The position numbers and the translations under genes are program-made. Of a DNA stretch of 64,000 nucleotides, positions 51,893-60,840 are shown in pieces. The notes under the pieces are model-generated. The model had not been told where the DNA came from and did no database searches. It saw only the letters and a list, made by a program, of their open reading frames with translations. The stretch is taken from contig JAWOKS010000008.1 of the NCBI GenBank assembly GCA_033854115.1, positions 9,828 to 73,827 on the forward strand, given 5' to 3'. Each line of letters starts with the position of its first letter. Position 1 is the first letter of the stretch. The stretch comes from Thermoplasmata archaeon. Its GTDB lineage: Archaea > Thermoplasmatota > Thermoplasmata > Lutacidiplasmatales > UBA184.

Positions 51893-54030
51893 CGGCCTCC
51901 GAGCGGCAACACGCGGGCGATCGCCACGGCCGCGTCGTGGACGAACGGCTGGCCGCTGAGCCAAGCGAGCAGCGTGTAGCAGAGCCAGATGCCGACGAAC
52001 GCGCTCACGAGCCCGCCGAGACCGTAGGTGAGGATGTTGCGGCGCAGGAGGTCGATCGCGCTGCGGGGCCGGAACGGCACGCCGGCGAGCGCGAGCGGGA
52101 TCAGCATCGGGATGATCACCGCGTTGAAGACGAGGGCGGCGAGGACCGCGAGGTACGGGTCGGACAGGCCGAGAAGATTGAGCGCGGAGATCCCGGGGAG
52201 CGCGGTCACGCTCGACGCCGCGAAGATCGCCGGGAGGATCGCGAAGTACTTCGCGACGTCGTTCGTGATCGAGAAGGTCGTGAGCGCCCCGCGGGTGATG
52301 AGGAGCTGCTTGCCGATCGAGACGACCTCGATGAGCTTCGTGGGGTCGTTGTCGAGGTCGACCATGTTGCCGGCCTCCTTCGCGGCGCTCGTCCCGCTGT
52401 TCATCGAGAGCCCGACATCGGCGCGCGCGAGGGCCGGCGCGTCGTTCGTGCCGTCCCCGGTCATCGCGACCAAGCGCCCCGCGCTCTTCTCCCGCTGGAT
52501 CAGCCCGAGCTTCGTCTCGGGCTTCGCTTCCGCGACGAACTCGTCGACCCCGCTCTCCTCGGCGATCGCGGCGGCCGTGAGGCGGTTGTCCCCGGTGCAC
52601 ATGATCGAGCGGATCCCCATCGTCCGGAGCTCGTGGATCCGATCGCGGATCCCCGGCTTCACCACGTCCTTCAGGACGACGAGCCCGACCACCTTGCGGT
52701 TGACCGAGATCGCGAGCGGCGTCATCCCCTGGCGGGCGGCCTCGCGCGCCGCCTCGCGCGTCGGGACCGTGAGCTCCGCGCCGTAGGCCTCCATCGCGCT
52801 CACCGCCCCCTTGTAGACCTCGGTCCCGTCCGCGAGCAGGAGCCCGCTCATCCGTCGCTCCGGGGTGAACGGCATCACTTTGAACGTCCCCTCGTCGAGG
52901 TGGCGGGCGTCGCCGCCGCGACGGGCCGCGAGCCGGACGATCGAGCGGCCCTCGGGGGTCTCGTCGAGCGTGGAGGAGAGGAGCGCGGCCTCGAGGAGGG
53001 CCTTCGGCTCGACCCCGGGGGCGGGGACGAACTGCACCGCGAGGCGGCTCCCGACCGTGATCGTGCCGGTCTTGTCGAGGATGACGACGTCGAGGTCCCC
53101 CGACGCCTCGACCGCCTTCCCCGACTTCGCGATGACGTTCGCGCGCGCGACCCGGTTCACGCCCGAGATCCCGATCGCGGGGAGGAGCGCCCCGATCGTG
53201 GTCGGCATGAGGCAGACGAGGAGCGCGACGAGCGTCGCGAGGTCGACCACGACGAGACCCGAGAGGTTCGCGAGGTACGCGAAAGAGAGCGCGACCACGA
53301 AGAGGGTGACCGTGAACGCCGCGAGGAGCACCCCGAGGGCGATCTCGCTCGGCGTCGGCTCACGGCCGAGGCCTTCGACGAGGCGGATCAGCCGGTCGAG
53401 GAACGACTCGCCCCGGGTCGCGCTCACCCGGACCCGGATCGTCCCCTGGAGGACCCGGGTGCCCCCGAGGACGCTCGTCTTGTCCCCGCCGCTCTCCCGC
53501 ATGACCGCCTCGCTCTCGCCGGTCATCATCGACTCGTCGATGAGGGCCGCGCCCCGCACGACGTCCCCGTCGAGCGGGATCGGCTCGCCCGGCCGGACCT
53601 CGACGGAATCGCCGACGTGCAGGACGTCGGAGGCGACCCAGCGGCCGGTCCCGTCCGGGAGGACCTGGCGGGCGCGGATCCCGCTCCGGATCGAGCGGAG
53701 GCTCTCCGCCTGCGCCCGGCCCTGGGCCTCCGCGATCGCCTCCGCGAGATTGGCGAACCAGATCGTGAGGAAGAGGATCGCCGCGACCGCGAGGTAGTAG
53801 CCCGCCCGGTACGTCGCGGCGACATCCGGGAACGCCCGGGGGTAGACCGTCGCGAGGCTCACGAAGACGAACAGCACGAAGACGCAGAACATGAGCGGGT
53901 GGCGCACCTGCCGGCGGAGGCCGAAGAACCGGAACGAGTCCGCGAAGACCCGCCGGGCCGAGGTGTGCGGCCGCCGCCGGACCGGCACGCGCGCCCCGAG
54001 CTCGACCCCGAGCGGGAATTCCGACGCCAC
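51889..54030 (-). CDS. kdpB: Potassium-transporting P-type ATPase subunit B
   Basis: DKTGTIT phosphorylation site, MCTGDN, MTGDGTNDAPALA. Confidence 0.95.
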   Translation of the reverse strand: MASEFPLGVELGARVPVRRRPHTSARRVFADSFRFFGLRRQVRHPLMFCVFVLFVFVSLATVYPRAFPDVAATYRAGYYLAVAAILFLTIWFANLAEAIAEAQGRAQAESLRSIRSGIRARQVLPDGTGRWVASDVLHVGDSVEVRPGEPIPLDGDVVRGAALIDESMMTGESEAVMRESGGDKTSVLGGTRVLQGTIRVRVSATRGESFLDRLIRLVEGLGREPTPSEIALGVLLAAFTVTLFVVALSFAYLANLSGLVVVDLATLVALLVCLMPTTIGALLPAIGISGVNRVARANVIAKSGKAVEASGDLDVVILDKTGTITVGSRLAVQFVPAPGVEPKALLEAALLSSTLDETPEGRSIVRLAARRGGDARHLDEGTFKVMPFTPERRMSGLLLADGTEVYKGAVSAMEAYGAELTVPTREAAREAARQGMTPLAISVNRKVVGLVVLKDVVKPGIRDRIHELRTMGIRSIMCTGDNRLTAAAIAEESGVDEFVAEAKPETKLGLIQREKSAGRLVAMTGDGTNDAPALARADVGLSMNSGTSAAKEAGNMVDLDNDPTKLIEVVSIGKQLLITRGALTTFSITNDVAKYFAILPAIFAASSVTALPGISALNLLGLSDPYLAVLAALVFNAVIIPMLIPLALAGVPFRPRSAIDLLRRNILTYGLGGLVSAFVGIWLCYTLLAWLSGQPFVHDAAVAIARVLPLGGR

Positions 54031-54033
54031 AGC

Positions 54034-55746
54034 TCACCCTCCCCCCACGATCTGGGAGAGCGGCCCGAGGGCCATCACGGGGAGGAAGACGAGCGCCGTG
54101 ACGATGATGAGGAACAGCGTGAGGTAGAGCGTGTAGGTCGTGCTCGCGGTGCGGAGCGTGCCGGGACCCGGCGGGAGGCTCTCCTGCTCGGCGAACTGCT
54201 CGCCGACCATGAGCATCGCCCAGAACGGGACGAACCTCCCCACGAGGACGATCGCCGCGCCCGCGAGGTTGAAGAAGAGCGTCGTGTCGTTGACGCCGAG
54301 GCTCGGGAGCGCGCTCCCGTTGTTCGCGGCCTCGCTCGTGAACTCGTAGAGCACGCTCGAGAAGTTGAGGGCGGTCACGCTCGGCGTCGGTCCGTGGAGC
54401 GCGACGAAGCCTCCGAGGAGGCCGAGCGCGAACGGGACGAGGATCGCGGCGGGGTGCACGAGGAGCGCGAGGGTCGCCCAGCGGACCTGGCTCGTGCCGA
54501 TCTTCTTCCCGAGGTACTCGGGCGTCCGCCCGACCATGAGCCCGCCGACGAAGATCGCGAGCACGCTGAACAGGAGCAGCATCCCGAAGCCGCTCCCGTC
54601 TCCGCCGGGGGTCGACTGCGTGAACATCCCGAACAGGAGGACGAGCTGGGCCATCGGCGCGATCGCGCCGATCTGCATGTCGGTCGCGCCGACGTTCGCG
54701 TAGACGCTCGTCACCTGGAACGCGGAGCCCTCGGAGAGGCTCCAGCGTGTCTCCTGGCCGACCGGGTAGCCGTTCGAGGACGGCGAGAGGGCCGAGAGCC
54801 CCGAGAGGTAGGGGTTCGAGGCCGCCTGGAAGGCGAGGAAGAGGCCGAGCGCGATCGCGAAGATGATCAGGATGACCCCGAGGTACGGCCAGGCCTCGCC
54901 CTTCCGCCGGACGATCGTGCCGAACGCGAACGGCGTGGAGAACGGGATGAGCATCATCACGAACGTGCCGAAGAGGTTCGTGACGGCGGACGGGTCCGCG
55001 AGCGGGCTCGCCATGTTGGCGGCGTAGTAGCCGCCGCCGTTCGTCCCGAGGAGCGAGATCGCCTGGAACGAGGCGACCGGCCCGAGGTAGATCGTCTGGA
55101 GGCCTCCGGTCAGCGGGTGTGCGACCACCTCCGCCCGCGAGGTCTGGGGCACTCCGAGCAGGATCAGGACGAGCGCGGAGGCGACCGCGAGCGGGAGAAG
55201 GAGGCGGGTCATCGTGCGGACGAGGTCGACATAGAAGTTGCCGAGGGTGCCGTCGCGCCGCACGAACCCGCGGATCATCGCCGCGGCGACCGAGAGGCCG
55301 GTCGCCGGCGCGACGAAGAGCGCGAGCGGCCAGGCGACCCCGAGCGCGGCGAACGAGACCTGGGCCTCGCTCGTGAAGTGGGTGAAGTCGGTGTTCGTCG
55401 TGAGGCTCGCCGCGGAGTGGAGGGCGAGGTCCCAGCTCATCCCGGGCGCCGCGGTCGGGTTTCCCGGGAGCATCGCCTGGTAGAGGAAGACGACGAACAG
55501 GAACACGAGGACCCCGGCGTTCACCCCGAGGACCGCGGAGAAGTACTCCCGGGCCCGCATCGACTGGCGGGGCGAGGTGCCGAGCAGGCGGTAGACCGCG
55601 CGCTCGATCGGGAGGAAGAGGGTGTCCCCCGCGAGGGGCCGGGAGAGGTAGACCCGGCCGAGGTAGCGGCCGAACCACGGGGCGATCGCGAGGACGAGGC
55701 CGATGAGGACGAGGACGTCCCAGAGCGACCGGAGCTCGAACTCCAT
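54034..55746 (-). CDS. kdpA: Potassium-transporting ATPase subunit A
   Basis: 570-aa polytopic protein with the KdpA selectivity-filter-type motif LLGTNGGGYYAANMASP. Confidence 0.95.
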   Translation of the reverse strand: MEFELRSLWDVLVLIGLVLAIAPWFGRYLGRVYLSRPLAGDTLFLPIERAVYRLLGTSPRQSMRAREYFSAVLGVNAGVLVFLFVVFLYQAMLPGNPTAAPGMSWDLALHSAASLTTNTDFTHFTSEAQVSFAALGVAWPLALFVAPATGLSVAAAMIRGFVRRDGTLGNFYVDLVRTMTRLLLPLAVASALVLILLGVPQTSRAEVVAHPLTGGLQTIYLGPVASFQAISLLGTNGGGYYAANMASPLADPSAVTNLFGTFVMMLIPFSTPFAFGTIVRRKGEAWPYLGVILIIFAIALGLFLAFQAASNPYLSGLSALSPSSNGYPVGQETRWSLSEGSAFQVTSVYANVGATDMQIGAIAPMAQLVLLFGMFTQSTPGGDGSGFGMLLLFSVLAIFVGGLMVGRTPEYLGKKIGTSQVRWATLALLVHPAAILVPFALGLLGGFVALHGPTPSVTALNFSSVLYEFTSEAANNGSALPSLGVNDTTLFFNLAGAAIVLVGRFVPFWAMLMVGEQFAEQESLPPGPGTLRTASTTYTLYLTLFLIIVTALVFLPVMALGPLSQIVGGG

Positions 55747-55755
55747 CGACCTCGC

Positions 55756-55881
55756 CTAGTACCTCTCGGGGTGCGCCATCACGTCGACCAGGTACGCGGC
55801 CAGCCCGACGACGAGCGCCGTGAGGAGCGCGAGGCCAGGATGGTCGAGGACCCAGTCGACGAGCTCGATCAGGACGACCAC
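55756..55881 (-). CDS. kdpF: Candidate KdpF mini-protein (41 codons from a GTG; too short for the ORF track)
   Basis: Hand translation gives VVVLIELVDWVLDHPGLALLTALVVGLAAYLVDVMAHPERY-stop. It has a single TM helix and a C-terminal YL..v...PE.Y pattern like KdpF (YL.YAL..PE.F). It ends 9 nt upstream of the kdpA ATG. The start codon is uncertain. Confidence 0.45.
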   Translation of the reverse strand: MVVLIELVDWVLDHPGLALLTALVVGLAAYLVDVMAHPERY

Positions 55882-55958
55882 GGGCGTGACCGCGTTCGAC
55901 CGGGGCCCGGCTCTTTAGCTTCCCGTTCGGGTGGAGAGCGGCCCGCGGAACCGAATCT

Positions 55959-57644
55959 TTATGGACCGTCCGCCGTGGGGCGGCTCCCCCGCCGACGCGC
56001 CTCCGCCGAAAGGCGGCGCACGATGCGCTTCATCGCCCGCTCGCGCCGGACCTCGGCGACCTGGTACGCCACGTCCCGGGTCGCGCGGGTGAGGAGCACC
56101 ACCACCTTCCCGAGCGACGTCCGCCCGGTCCGTCCCCGTCGCTGGATCGCCCGGATCTCGCTCGGCACCGACTCGAAGAAGACGACGAGGTCCACGTCCG
56201 GCACGTCGAGGCCCTCCTCGGCGACGCTGCTCGCGACGAGGATCGGGAAACGGCCCGCGCGGAACTCGCGAAGGACCTCGGCCTGCTCCTTCTGGTTCAT
56301 CCCCGGGTCGTCCGGGTCGCGCGTCGCCTGGCCGACGAACCGGCCGACCTTCCAGCCCTGGAGCTCGAGGAGGCTCTGGATCGAGCGGATCGTGTCCCGG
56401 TACTGCGCGAAGACCAGGATGCGGGGCGGATGGTCCCGGGGCTGGTCGAGGGTCTCGCTGACGAGGGCGACGAGCGCGTCCAGCTTCGGATGCGACAGCT
56501 CCTTCGTCGTGCGGAGGACGGTCGAGGCCTCCTCCCGGGCCTGGACGACCTCGGGGAGCTTGAGGAACGCGCCGTCGCCCCGGCTCGGCTTCTCCTTCGC
56601 GCCGACCCGCTCGACGTACTGCAGGAACGGTTCGAGCCCCTGGGTCTCGAGGCGCTCCTGGGCGTGGTGCAGGTGGAGGAGGACGAGCTGGTGGAAGAGC
56701 GGGCCGAACCTCCGCACCATCGGCCCGGGCCGCGCGAAGATCTCCGCGCGGAGCGCGATCAGGTCCTTCACGGAGAGCGAGGCGATCGGCTTCGTCCGGA
56801 GGTAGCCCATCTTCTGGAGCTTCCGCGCGGTCGCGTGGGCCGCGGTCGCGAGCAGGTCGCGGATGTGGGCGGTCGCGGGCGGGAGGTCGACCCATCGCTG
56901 GTCGACCTCGATCGGCTGGACGTGCTCGCGGACCCCTTCGTCCTCCCGGGTCCTTGCCTCGATGCGGCGGACCCCGAGGGCGCCGACGACCTCCTCGATC
57001 CGCTCGTCCTTGCCCCCGGGGGAGGCCGTGAGCCCGAGGACGCGTCCGTCCTGCGGGCGTTCGGCGCGGTAGCGCTCGGCGATCGGGACGTAGGCGTACT
57101 TGCCGACCGCGTGGTGGGCCTCGTCGAAGATGAGGAGCGCCACGTCGTCCAGCCGGTAGCGCCCGGCGCTGAGGTCGTTCGCGACGATCTCGGGGGTGGC
57201 GAAGACGAGGTCGGCGCCGTCCCACGCCCCCTCACGGACGGGCCGGCGCACTGTGCCCGTGAAGCGGGCGGTCACGAGCGGGATGAGCCAGCGGCCGAAC
57301 ACCTCCGCGTGCTGCTGGACGAGCGGTCGCGTGGGGGCGAGGACGACCACCTTCCCCTCGGAGCGGCGCAGGACCTCGGCCGCGAGCAGGGCTGCGATCA
57401 CCGTCTTCCCGAGCCCGGTCGGGAGCACGATGAGGAGGTCCTCGGTGAGGCCGACGCGTGCGAGGTCGAGCTGGAACGGGAGCGCACGGATCGTGCCGGA
57501 ACGGAGGAGGGGGTGCTCGACCATGGCGTCCGCGACCCGCCAGACCCCCTCGAGCGCGGGAGGTCGGGGCCGCCCGGTCGCGAGCGGAGGGGCGGGCGAG
57601 CTCCCGTCCCCCGCGAACTCGTCGAGGAGGTGCTGCCGAGCCAT
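55959..57644 (-). CDS. Hef/FANCM/Mph1-like SF2 helicase (helicase module only, no ERCC4 nuclease domain)
   Basis: Motif I VLPTGLGKT, motif II FDEAHHA, motif VI IQRRGRTGR. 561 aa, ending shortly after the second RecA-like domain. Confidence 0.85.
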   Translation of the reverse strand: MARQHLLDEFAGDGSSPAPPLATGRPRPPALEGVWRVADAMVEHPLLRSGTIRALPFQLDLARVGLTEDLLIVLPTGLGKTVIAALLAAEVLRRSEGKVVVLAPTRPLVQQHAEVFGRWLIPLVTARFTGTVRRPVREGAWDGADLVFATPEIVANDLSAGRYRLDDVALLIFDEAHHAVGKYAYVPIAERYRAERPQDGRVLGLTASPGGKDERIEEVVGALGVRRIEARTREDEGVREHVQPIEVDQRWVDLPPATAHIRDLLATAAHATARKLQKMGYLRTKPIASLSVKDLIALRAEIFARPGPMVRRFGPLFHQLVLLHLHHAQERLETQGLEPFLQYVERVGAKEKPSRGDGAFLKLPEVVQAREEASTVLRTTKELSHPKLDALVALVSETLDQPRDHPPRILVFAQYRDTIRSIQSLLELQGWKVGRFVGQATRDPDDPGMNQKEQAEVLREFRAGRFPILVASSVAEEGLDVPDVDLVVFFESVPSEIRAIQRRGRTGRTSLGKVVVLLTRATRDVAYQVAEVRRERAMKRIVRRLSAEARRRGSRPTADGP

Positions 57645-57694
57645 CGTTCCGCCGTCCTCGGGCCCCTACCGCCGAGGGCGCTAAGGCCCTTGGG

Positions 57695-58999
57695 TCAGCT
57701 CGCGCCGCCGGCGGCGGGACCGCCCACGAGGCTCGCGCGACCCCCGAGGTACGGGCGAAGGGCCGCGGGGATCTCGATCGAGCCGTCCGGCCGTCCGTAC
57801 TGCTCGACGAGGACCGCGAGGGCCCGGGAGGTCGCGACCGCGGTCGAGTTGAGCGTGTGCGGGACGACCTTTCCCGGGCGGCCGGCCTTCCCGAGGCGGA
57901 TCCCGAGGCTGCGCGCCTGATAGTCCGTGCAGTTCGAGCAGCTCACCACTTCGCGGTACGCCTGCTGGCGGGGGAACCAGGCCTCGATGTCGTACTTCTT
58001 CGCGGCGATGGTCCCGACGTCCCCCGTGCAGACGTTCACCACCCGGTACGGTACCTCGAGCCGTCGGAAGACCTCCTCGGCGTTCGCCCGGATCTCCTCG
58101 TGGAGCGCGGGCGACTCCTCGGGCCGGCAGAAGACGAACTGCTCGACCTTCGTGAACTGGTGGACCCGGAAGAGCCCCTTCTGGTCGACCCCGTGGCCGC
58201 CGATCTCGCGGCGGAAGCACGCGCTGATCCCCGCGAGCCGGATCGGGACCGTCTCCTCCTCGAGGATCTCGCCCTGGTAGAGCGCGGCGAGCGGGTGCTC
58301 GGCGGTCGCGATCAGGTAGAGGTCCTCCCCGTCGATCTTGTACATCACGTTCTCGAAGTCGGCGAGGTCGGTGACCCCCTCGTACGGCTCCCGCCGGAGG
58401 AGGAACGGAGGCACGATCGGCGTGAAGCCGCGCGCGACGAGCAGGTCGAGGGCGAACCGCTGGAGCGCGAGGTCGAGGAGAACAAGGGGACCCCGAAGGT
58501 AGTAGAAGCCGGCTCCGCTCGCGCGGCGCGCCCGCTCGAACTCGACGAGGCCGAGGGCCTCGAGCGTCTCGCCGTGGGACCGGGCGAGGACCCGGTCCTT
58601 CGCGGGCGTCCCCCAGGTGGTGACCACCACGTTCTCCGAGTCGTCCTTGCCGAAGGGGACCGTGGGGTCGAGAAGGTTCGGGAGCCGGCGCAGGAGGTCG
58701 TCCCGCTCGTCGCGGAGGGCGGTCTCGGTCCGTTCGGCCTCCTTGAGCTTCTCGGGGAGCGCCCTCGACTCGGCCACGAGCGCGTCGGCGGGCTCGCCCT
58801 TCTTCCGCGCCTCGGCCACCTTCTGGCCGAGCGTGTTGCGGAGCGCCCGCAGCTGGTCCGCCTCGCGGACGGCCGCGCGCCAGGCCGTGTCCTTCTCCCG
58901 GACCCGCGCGAAGAGCTCGGTGTACGCCGTCGTGCGGCGGCGGGCGAGGTTCTCCTCGACCTTCTCCGGCTCCCGACGCAGAAGCTCGATGTCGATCAC
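57695..58999 (-). CDS. serS: Seryl-tRNA synthetase
   Basis: The GTG at 58999 (VIDIELLRREPEKVEENL...) gives an N-terminal coiled-coil arm and class II motifs (FYYLRGPL, ISACFRREIG, TLNSTAVATSRALAVLVEQY). The upstream 795 codons of track ORF 57695..61384 were rejected. Confidence 0.93.
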   Translation of the reverse strand: MIDIELLRREPEKVEENLARRRTTAYTELFARVREKDTAWRAAVREADQLRALRNTLGQKVAEARKKGEPADALVAESRALPEKLKEAERTETALRDERDDLLRRLPNLLDPTVPFGKDDSENVVVTTWGTPAKDRVLARSHGETLEALGLVEFERARRASGAGFYYLRGPLVLLDLALQRFALDLLVARGFTPIVPPFLLRREPYEGVTDLADFENVMYKIDGEDLYLIATAEHPLAALYQGEILEEETVPIRLAGISACFRREIGGHGVDQKGLFRVHQFTKVEQFVFCRPEESPALHEEIRANAEEVFRRLEVPYRVVNVCTGDVGTIAAKKYDIEAWFPRQQAYREVVSCSNCTDYQARSLGIRLGKAGRPGKVVPHTLNSTAVATSRALAVLVEQYGRPDGSIEIPAALRPYLGGRASLVGGPAAGGAS

Positions 59000-59122
59000 G
59001 CGCGACCCGGCAGGAGGTCCGCGCGAAAATGTTTGCCGTCGTTCCTCGACCCGTCCCGCGGGGCCGACAACCGTCAAGTATCCTTGGCGGCGCTGCGGTC
59101 GACGTTGCCGGGAGGGTACGGC

Positions 59123-60610
59123 ATGGACCCGGAGTACGGTCATTTCCTCGACGGGAAGTGGGTGACGCCTCCCCACGCGAAGCGCTTCGAGACGACGAAC
59201 CCGGCGAACGGCGAGCGCGTGGGCTCGTTCGTCGCGGGGACCGCGGACGACGTGAAGGAGGCGGTCGGCGCGGCCGCCCGGGCCTTCCCGGTCTGGCGCG
59301 ACACGCCGCCCCCGGTGCGCGGCCAGATCCTGCTCGAGGTCGCCCGGCTCCTGCGCGAGCGGAAGGCCGAGCTCGGCCGCCTCGTGACCCGCGAGATGGG
59401 CAAGGTGATCAGCGAGGGCCTCGGCGATGTCCAGGAGTCGATCGACTTCGTCGAGTACATGGCCGGGGAGGGCCGGCGCCTCGCCGGCGAGACCGTCCCC
59501 TCCGAGCTCCGATCGAAGTTCTGCCTCACCATGCGCCAACCGAAGGGGGTCGTCGCCTGCATCACCCCCTGGAACTTCCCGACGGCGATCCCGAACTGGA
59601 AGGTCGCGGCGGCGCTCATCTCGGGCAACACGGTGGTCCTCAAACCCGCGACGGGGACCTCGGGTTGCGCCGCGGAGATCGTCCGCGCCTACGCGGACGC
59701 GGGCGTTCCGCCGGGAGTGCTCAACCTGGTCACGGGGTCCGGCGGCGTCGTCGGCACGGCGCTCCTCACCGACCCGCGCGTGCGGGCGATCTCGTTCACG
59801 GGCGGCGTGGAGACCGGGCGGGAGGTCTACGTCCAGGGGGCCCGCGGGCTCAAGATGGTCCACCTCGAACTCGGGGGGAAGAACCCGGTGATCCTGATGG
59901 ACGACGCCGACCTTCGGCTCGCCTTGGACGGCGTCCTCTTCGGCGCCTTCGGCACGGCCGGCCAGCGCTGCACGGCGACGAGCCGGCTGATCGTCCACGA
60001 GAAGGTCTACGAGCCGTTCCTCGAGATGCTCACGGCGCGCCTCGACGCGTTCCCGATCGGCGACCCGCTCGACCCGAAGACGGGGATGGGCCCGGTCGCC
60101 TCGCTCGACCAGGAGCGGAAGGTCCTCGAGTACATCGCGATCGGCCGGCAGGAGGCGAAGCTCCGCTACGGCGGCTCGAAGCTCACGGGCGGCCTCTACG
60201 ACCGCGGCCACTTCCTTCAGCCGACGATCTTCGAGACCCGCCACGGGACGCGGATCTCGAAGGAGGAGATCTTCGGCCCGGTCCTCTCCGTCCTCAAGGT
60301 CGGATCGTACGACGAGGCCGTGCGCGTCGCGAACGACGTCGACTACGGGCTCTCCTCCTCGATCTACACGCGCGACGTCAACGTCGCCTTCCGGGCGATG
60401 CACGACCTCGAGGCCGGGATCACCTACATCAACGCCCCGACGATCGGCGCCGAGGTCCAGCTGCCGTTCGGGGGCGTGAAGAACACGGGGAACGGCGGCC
60501 GCGAGGCCGGGAGCGTCGCGATCGAGGAGTTCACCGAGATCAAGACGGTCTTCGTCGACTTCTCCTCGAAGCTCCAGAAGGCCCAGATCGACAGCGAGAC
60601 GGCCGCATGA
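59123..60610 (+). CDS. NAD(P)-dependent aldehyde dehydrogenase
   Basis: The ATG at 59123 inside track ORF 57458..60610 gives a protein with ITPWNFP, LELGGKNP and FGTAGQRCTATSR (catalytic Cys). Confidence 0.92.
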   Translation: MDPEYGHFLDGKWVTPPHAKRFETTNPANGERVGSFVAGTADDVKEAVGAAARAFPVWRDTPPPVRGQILLEVARLLRERKAELGRLVTREMGKVISEGLGDVQESIDFVEYMAGEGRRLAGETVPSELRSKFCLTMRQPKGVVACITPWNFPTAIPNWKVAAALISGNTVVLKPATGTSGCAAEIVRAYADAGVPPGVLNLVTGSGGVVGTALLTDPRVRAISFTGGVETGREVYVQGARGLKMVHLELGGKNPVILMDDADLRLALDGVLFGAFGTAGQRCTATSRLIVHEKVYEPFLEMLTARLDAFPIGDPLDPKTGMGPVASLDQERKVLEYIAIGRQEAKLRYGGSKLTGGLYDRGHFLQPTIFETRHGTRISKEEIFGPVLSVLKVGSYDEAVRVANDVDYGLSSSIYTRDVNVAFRAMHDLEAGITYINAPTIGAEVQLPFGGVKNTGNGGREAGSVAIEEFTEIKTVFVDFSSKLQKAQIDSETAA

Positions 60611-60813
60611 GCCCGTTCCGGGGCTCGGACGAGCAGCTCGAGCGGGAGATCGCCGTGCTCGAGGGGATCGTCCGGTTGCGCGTGCGCCGCACCGCGACCG
60701 ACCTCCGCGAACTCGAGCGCGACCTCCACGAGCTCCGCCGCGAGCTGAAGCGGCGCCGCGGCGGGGCCCCGGCGTGGTCGGACGAGAGCGCGGATGCGAA
60801 CGTCCCCGCGTAG
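60607..60813 (+). CDS. Small coiled-coil protein (hypothetical)
   Basis: The ATG at 60607 forms an ATGA overlap with the ALDH stop. 68 aa, including LEREIAVLEGIVRLRVRRTATDLRELERDLHELRRELKRRR. Confidence 0.4.
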   Translation: MSPFRGSDEQLEREIAVLEGIVRLRVRRTATDLRELERDLHELRRELKRRRGGAPAWSDESADANVPA

Positions 60814-60840
60814 GGGTGGCGCGCGGGCCGACGGGCGCGG

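Noticed and set aside
51937-56805. 1622-aa plus-strand ORF, the longest in the track
   Set aside because: It lies antisense to kdpB, kdpA and the Hef-like helicase, all of which have unmistakable motifs on the minus strand. Its translation is a monotonous R/E/D/G/A/P low-complexity string. This is the classic shadow ORF of a ~70% GC genome.
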